DNA from: a virus
Lineage: Duplodnaviria; Caudoviricetes
Length of the DNA stretch: 59,864 bases
Reading direction: 5' to 3' (one strand)
IMG/VR virus record: IMGVR_UViG_3300027835_000237
Location: 1 to 59,864 of that record
The notes under the pieces are model-generated. The model was not told the origin of the DNA. It did not search any database and saw only the letters and a list, made by a program, of their open reading frames with translations. Of this stretch, positions 55,404 to 59,864 are shown piece by piece; positions within the stretch are counted from its first letter, which is position 1; every line of letters starts with the position of its first letter. Both the position numbers and the translations under genes were made by a program.

Positions 55404-55888
55404 TATTTTCCTAGTAGTTTCAATATATCTTTAAGTTCTGTGACGACAGTATCTATTACCGCTGGTTGAACTGAAATAAATGAGCGGGTCATGAATGGTC
55501 GCGCACTCATCTTCGTAGTACCAAATTCCAGAAAACGAGCAACCGTTGCTACAGCAACTCTACCTGTCTTGCGCATCTTTCCACGAATGAGGCGCTCAAC
55601 ATACGTGCCATGCTTCGGGTAATCAATACGCCCTTCGGGCCCGACGTAAGCTACACCCGTTTGATATTGCGGGTAAAAGCCTATTCGAACGCCCAGGTGC
55701 TTCGGCAAAAATCCAGTAGACTGATCACCCGCACCGGGCGCAGCATTTTGCATCGCTTTCAAAATCAATTTACTGCCTTTTCGCACAGCCTCTTTCACAA
55801 CAATAGCTGCAACTTTGGGGGCGAGATCCCTCAATTTATGTTGAAGTTCAGCAAGACCCTTCATCTCATATTTAATAGTATCTGCCAT
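55403..55888 (-). CDS. HK97 gp10-like tail component
   Basis: GL.EL...L..L, AP...G.L, FLEFGTTKM.ARPFM. Confidence 0.85.
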   Translation of the reverse strand: MADTIKYEMKGLAELQHKLRDLAPKVAAIVVKEAVRKGSKLILKAMQNAAPGAGDQSTGFLPKHLGVRIGFYPQYQTGVAYVGPEGRIDYPKHGTYVERLIRGKMRKTGRVAVATVARFLEFGTTKMSARPFMTRSFISVQPAVIDTVVTELKDILKLLGK

Positions 55889-55891
55889 ATA

Positions 55892-56194
55892 TCACCAAAT
55901 AAATCTAAACGCCCCAAGCTTTGCCAATCGCAACATTCCTTTTTGAAACTGTTTCCCATGCCCACTAGATTTTGGTAACGATACGTGAACCATTTCGTGC
56001 ATCAATACTTGCAAAGCAATCGAGGGCCAGGTTTTAAGTTGCGATTTAATAATGATCCAATGGTTCCCTATCGTCCAGCCTAAATCCCTACCTACATGTC
56101 CGTATCGAACGTCTACATCGTTTGGTAATTTTCCATTAAAAAAGACTTTGTTCAATTCCTTATACGCGTGCTGTAATGCTCGATTCGTTTTCAC
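55892..56194 (-). CDS. SprT-like zinc metalloprotease (start uncertain)
   Basis: LNKVFFNGKLP, LMHEMVH (HExxH), HGKQF. Confidence 0.75.
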   Translation of the reverse strand: MKTNRALQHAYKELNKVFFNGKLPNDVDVRYGHVGRDLGWTIGNHWIIIKSQLKTWPSIALQVLMHEMVHVSLPKSSGHGKQFQKGMLRLAKLGAFRFIW

Positions 56195-56216
56195 GTAAAA
56201 TAATTTCTGCCGTCCT

Positions 56217-56627
56217 TTAGAGGAGGCCGCTTGACATACTGATTGCCGGACTCTGGTTCCCACCGTCGTTTACCTCAACGCAGAGTATCACTAGTGACTT
56301 CGTGCGTTCATCCGGGTTCATTACCCCGAGCACTTGAAATACGCGCTTCGCAAAGTAAATCTGATCTTGCGCTGCAATCGTAACGGGTACAGCCTGGCGC
56401 GGCCCGCGATAGCGAATAGTAATTTTGTGTGAAACTGTACTAACAAACGCATCACTAACCAAATTCTCATTCGCTGTGATAGCCTCAACACTACCCCAAA
56501 GTGTTACGACCGGCGATGTGCTAGCTAAAGCCATCCCTCCAGACGAATCTTGGGCCGGCCCATAGGGCTTTACAAGCTGTATCCGGTGCCGGAGTTTTCC
56601 GATTTGGATTCTAGTCGAGAGCGCCAT
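56217..56627 (-). CDS. Head-tail adaptor / head closure protein (SPP1 gp16-like)
   Basis: IGKLRHRI.L, D..GG, W.SV, H.ITIRYR, F....V.NPDER...L...C.E. Confidence 0.85.
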   Translation of the reverse strand: MALSTRIQIGKLRHRIQLVKPYGPAQDSSGGMALASTSPVVTLWGSVEAITANENLVSDAFVSTVSHKITIRYRGPRQAVPVTIAAQDQIYFAKRVFQVLGVMNPDERTKSLVILCVEVNDGGNQSPAISMSSGLL

Positions 56628-57786
56628 AATTTCTAACCTTCGATGAGATTACATTTGGGATCAAAACCTCGGCCGGGCGTCCACCTATCGTGTGTGCAGT
56701 TTGTGCGGCCTGTGCGCCTGCGGCGCGCCGCTCCGGTGCCTGCACCGGCAGCACCGCCCCCTCCCCTTCCTTCTGGAACACCAGCCGCCCCTGCTCCTCA
56801 TCCCAGTCTATGCACACCAGATCCCCCAGCTTCACCTGCTCGGTCGCCAATAGGTTCGCCAAGGGATACACAATGTTCCGTTCTATCGCCCGCTTCAGGT
56901 GCCGCGCCCCGTACTTGAGGTCCGTCCCCTCCCGCAACAAATACGCCCGCGCCGCCGGCGTCACCCGAAACAAAAACTGCCCTCTCGCCGTGTCCAGCAC
57001 CCGCTGCTGCACCATCCCCAGCTCAATCTCCAAGATCTGCTCCAACTGCTCCTGCCGCAACGGATGGAACACCACCACCTTGTCAATCCGGTTCATAAAT
57101 TCTGGTAAGAACTTTTTCCTTGCGGCCTCTGTTGCAGTTCGCTCCATCTTTGAATCTAATTTATCTGGTTTATCAGTTGGTTGAGCAAAACCCATTGTTC
57201 CTGTCAATAGTTCAATAATGTCTGAACCTCCTAAATTCGAGGTCATAAATATCATTGTTGCTGATAGATTTACGAGACGATTATCTCCAAGTGTTAATCG
57301 CGCCTTATCTAAAATTCCTAAAAGCAAAGACCACAGCGCATCGGAAGCCTTCTCAATCTCATCAAACAACAAAAACGACAGCTTCAGCTTCTCGGTGTGA
57401 TACTGCGCCAGGGCTTCCTGCGTGATCAACGGGTGCGTCTCCCGATGACCCAGATAGCCCGGCGGCGAGCCAATCAGCTTGGCAATCTCGTGCGAGTGCT
57501 GGAACTCGGCGCAATCTACTTTAATCATCGCCCGAGAATCACCAAAGAGAATCTCCGCTGCCGCTTCCACAATGCGCGTCTTACCCGAGCCGGTCGGCCC
57601 CAGGAATAGTAGACTGCCAACTGGACGATCTAAAGAATTCATTCCTGCACAAAATACTTGGTATAAGTCTACTAATGATTGTACACCTGATTCTTGTCCT
57701 ACAATTCGTGTACGAAGAGTTGTATTAAATATCTGTGATTCTTTGCTGCGCTGCAAAGGATTTAATAGTTGATTTTTTACTTGCAT
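56611..57786 (-). CDS. Single-domain ClpA/B/C-family AAA+ ATPase (D2-like)
   Basis: IVGQ, RPVGSLLFLGPTGSGKT, LIGSPPGYLG, LLFDEIEKA, MTSNLG, MGF, PEFMNRID, GARHLKRAI. Confidence 0.9.
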   Translation of the reverse strand: MQVKNQLLNPLQRSKESQIFNTTLRTRIVGQESGVQSLVDLYQVFCAGMNSLDRPVGSLLFLGPTGSGKTRIVEAAAEILFGDSRAMIKVDCAEFQHSHEIAKLIGSPPGYLGHRETHPLITQEALAQYHTEKLKLSFLLFDEIEKASDALWSLLLGILDKARLTLGDNRLVNLSATMIFMTSNLGGSDIIELLTGTMGFAQPTDKPDKLDSKMERTATEAARKKFLPEFMNRIDKVVVFHPLRQEQLEQILEIELGMVQQRVLDTARGQFLFRVTPAARAYLLREGTDLKYGARHLKRAIERNIVYPLANLLATEQVKLGDLVCIDWDEEQGRLVFQKEGEGAVLPVQAPERRAAGAQAAQTAHTIGGRPAEVLIPNVISSKVRNYGALD

Positions 57787-57801
57787 TCTACCTCCTCATC
57801 T

Positions 57802-58188
57802 TCAGCTTTTATCTCCCTTATCTCCTTTATCGCCCTTGTCCCCTTTTACAGCATCACCTTTATCTCCTCTATCACCTTTTTCACCTTTTACACTATCACC
57901 TTTTATACTATCTCCCTTATCGCCCTTATCACCCTTGATACTATCACCTTTTTCACCCTGTTCGCCCTTTATACTATCGCCGGTGATGCCTCTATCACCC
58001 TTATCCCCACGATCTCCTTTATCACCTCTATCACCTTTGTCACCTTTTAATCCTACTTCACCTTTTAGACCAACACTACCTTGGGGACCTGTTGCACCTC
58101 TTACTCCAGACTTCTTTAGACTTACAACCAGTGCAATTATAGAAGCTGCTAATGCCACAATAGGTACTATTTCAATATAAGTAATCAT
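57802..58188 (-). CDS. Membrane-anchored collagen-like protein
   Basis: N-terminal TM followed by GDK/GDR G-x-y repeats with DSIK interruptions. Confidence 0.72.
   Translation of the reverse strand: MITYIEIVPIVALAASIIALVVSLKKSGVRGATGPQGSVGLKGEVGLKGDKGDRGDKGDRGDKGDRGITGDSIKGEQGEKGDSIKGDKGDKGDSIKGDSVKGEKGDRGDKGDAVKGDKGDKGDKGDKS
57808..58075. repeat. Degenerate 9-bp coding repeat (collagen G-D-K/R)
   Basis: Recurring tcacctttA / tctccttta units. Confidence 0.75.
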
Positions 58189-58200
58189 GTATATCCCCTT

Positions 58201-58221
58201 TGGAAAGTATTATACTTTCCA
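58201..58221. promoter_or_regulatory. Perfect palindrome, operator-like
   Basis: TGGAAAGTAT-T-ATACTTTCCA, intergenic; contains TATAAT on the minus strand. Confidence 0.5.
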
Positions 58222-58228
58222 TTTTACG

Positions 58229-58639
58229 TTAAACATTAGGTATTGCATCACGTTGCTTTTTGCTCTGAGTCGCATATTCGCGTGCGAGCCGATTGATTTC
58301 TATAACTAATGCTTCAGATTTCTCGTCAAGATCATCAATGATAGCTTGAAGGCGCGAATCACGAATCATTAGAGGATGACCAGGAATCATTAAATCATTT
58401 GTGCTCGCCACAAAATGCTCCCAGTTAATACAAATATCCAGCAATTCATCACCTAATGCTTCCTGGTTGATTTCATGGGCCAATACATAGCCTAAGAAAC
58501 CAAAATTTTCGATTTCTGTAAAATGACGAATCCGCACTTCAAGGTCCGTTAAACCTTGAGGCGGAGTTTCGGGAAAAGGTGAAATTTGTGAAATACCTGT
58601 TACTGGGTCTACTATCCGAAGTACACGTGTTGAATTCAT
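58229..58639 (-). CDS. Hypothetical protein
   Basis: 136-aa ORF with AGGAG SD. Confidence 0.6.
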   Translation of the reverse strand: MNSTRVLRIVDPVTGISQISPFPETPPQGLTDLEVRIRHFTEIENFGFLGYVLAHEINQEALGDELLDICINWEHFVASTNDLMIPGHPLMIRDSRLQAIIDDLDEKSEALVIEINRLAREYATQSKKQRDAIPNV

Positions 58640-58900
58640 TCTAGTCTCCTAAATTACATTCCCATACCTGTCATCATTAAACTAGATAGCACTGCCGCTG
58701 CGCGCCCCGGAAAAAGACCAGGACCGAGAACGCGACACCGGTGAGAAACCCCACGACAAAAACCGCGCTGTGTATTAGGCTCATAATCTTAGCTGTACGT
58801 CATCCTCATCGTGAGGTCCAGGTCGGTGCGCGATACCAACGGCGCGGGGGCGAACGTCCAGAGCACCGCGTTCAGGAAAAACTCCCAGAGGGCAAGCATG

Positions 58901-59560
58901 TTATGTTCCTACCCCCGTGAGCATCTGAAGGTTGATCACGGCCGCTGCGCCGCCCGCTGCCTTGAACGCCGCAATAGGACAAGCCCAGCCGGTAGAAGCT
59001 CCAATCGTTGCGGTGGCTGTAATGTTGGTCTGGATCGAGGATACGATTTTGTCTTCAACACCGACCCTGTAAGTAACCGCCGGAGCGGGGTCTCGCATCG
59101 TGTAGCCTGTGCCCGCTGTCCATGTCGTGCTCGACCCGATTCCCGTTGCCGTAATGATTAAATCGTTTGCGTTTGTGGTGGTGATTGCGTTTGACGTGGG
59201 CGTGGTGCTGGTACCCGTGGCCACGGTGCTATTCTGCACATCTAACGAAGCCGAGGTAGCTAGGCCGGAATATTCCGCCACGGTTAGGCGGCTCGTTCCG
59301 GCTCCGCCCGAAATTGTCACCGTCACCGAGCCGCCAGCGATATTTTCGCTGTACCATACATCGAGCAGCGAGACTGTTGGAATAGTGGCTGGCATTCCAG
59401 CAAGAAGCGTATAGGTATTACCACCCCCCGAAATTGTCGTCGTTCCTGTGGAATATGTAGCGCCGACGATCATCCAATTCCCGGCGGTGAAGGTCAGAGT
59501 GACCGAGATAGGTTGAGCGGCTGCAACCGCATGGGCAGATTGGACAAAGGCGATAGCCAT
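58901..59560 (-). CDS. Beta-rich virion accessory-like protein
   Basis: MAIAFVQSA, GN.YT, V.EYSG....LD, TTNANDLI, C-terminal MLTGVG. Confidence 0.6.
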   Translation of the reverse strand: MAIAFVQSAHAVAAAQPISVTLTFTAGNWMIVGATYSTGTTTISGGGNTYTLLAGMPATIPTVSLLDVWYSENIAGGSVTVTISGGAGTSRLTVAEYSGLATSASLDVQNSTVATGTSTTPTSNAITTTNANDLIITATGIGSSTTWTAGTGYTMRDPAPAVTYRVGVEDKIVSSIQTNITATATIGASTGWACPIAAFKAAGGAAAVINLQMLTGVGT

Positions 59561-59561
59561 A

Positions 59562-59864
59562 TTAAACCGTCTCGATCGCCATCGCGTTGATGCGGATGTC
59601 GGTCACCGCGGCGCTCAGCTGCGCCGTCCAGGCGCTCGCGGCCGTCGTCTGCGGCCACGCCGTGTCGAGCGGGATGACCGCGCCGCCGTTCGCCGCGATT
59701 GCGTAGCTCTGCCGCACGGTGCCCGCCGTCACGTCGCGGATGTCCACGCGCACGGCCGTCGCCGAGGTGTTCGTGATGACCAGGTGCGTCAGGTCGCGGA
59801 ACACGCCCGCCGCGCCCGCCGCGATCAGCGTGGTCTCGGTCGTGGCACTTAGCGGGATCGTGTT
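59562..59864 (-). CDS. 5'-partial virion accessory-like protein, very GC-rich
   Basis: Frame open to the window edge (..TETTLIAAGAAGVFRDLT...). Confidence 0.6.
   Translation of the reverse strand, partial: NTIPLSATTETTLIAAGAAGVFRDLTHLVITNTSATAVRVDIRDVTAGTVRQSYAIAANGGAVIPLDTAWPQTTAASAWTAQLSAAVTDIRINAMAIETV

Noticed and set aside
57808-58075. Tandem repeats as a possible CRISPR array or VNTR
   Set aside because: Degenerate 9-bp units without spacers, explained by collagen G-x-y coding.
171-59414. Plus-strand ORFs in the track (e.g. 171..623, 11533..12111, 17170..17772, 56690..57184)
   Set aside because: They lie antisense to well-supported minus-strand genes and show no recognisable motifs; treated as shadow ORFs.
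1-59864. Alternative genetic code, integrase or att site
   Set aside because: Genes translate full length in code 11 with all three stops in use; no integrase or host junction is visible, so lifestyle cannot be determined.

Overview
This window is a ~60 kb piece of a tailed dsDNA phage (siphovirus-type) genome. Every credible gene is on the minus strand, and genes are tightly packed with frequent start/stop overlaps. In transcription order (right to left) it holds: (1) GC-rich virion accessory genes, a collagen-like membrane protein and a single-domain Clp-family AAA+ ATPase; (2) head-tail joining and tail genes (head closure, HK97 gp10-like, terminator, tail tube, G/GT chaperones with a -1 slippery site, 1075-aa tape measure) and a GTA-like tail tip (two tandem DUF2460-like genes, DUF2163-like hub, NlpC/P60, a large tail protein ending in a Hint domain); (3) fibre/spike-like and membrane genes; (4) nucleotide metabolism, recombination and replication (RecA, ThyX, MazG, GMP reductase, class II RNR, dNTP hydrolases, PolA, Bet-like recombinase, SSB, UvrD, PD-(D/E)XK nuclease, primase-helicase, beta clamp); (5) a ~13.6 kb modification locus with four glycosyltransferase genes, two NDP-sugar dehydratases, an FkbM methyltransferase (a second copy lies ~3 kb upstream), two DNA methyltransferases, IscA, IscU and a cobalamin-dependent radical SAM enzyme running off the left edge. 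The most notable items are this glycan/methylation/Fe-S locus, a C5 DNA methyltransferase whose motif IX is encoded in a nested alternative frame with its own SD, a promoter-driven structured RNA before the clamp gene, and a GC-mosaic Clp ATPase. All calls come from motif reading by eye; no database searches were run.
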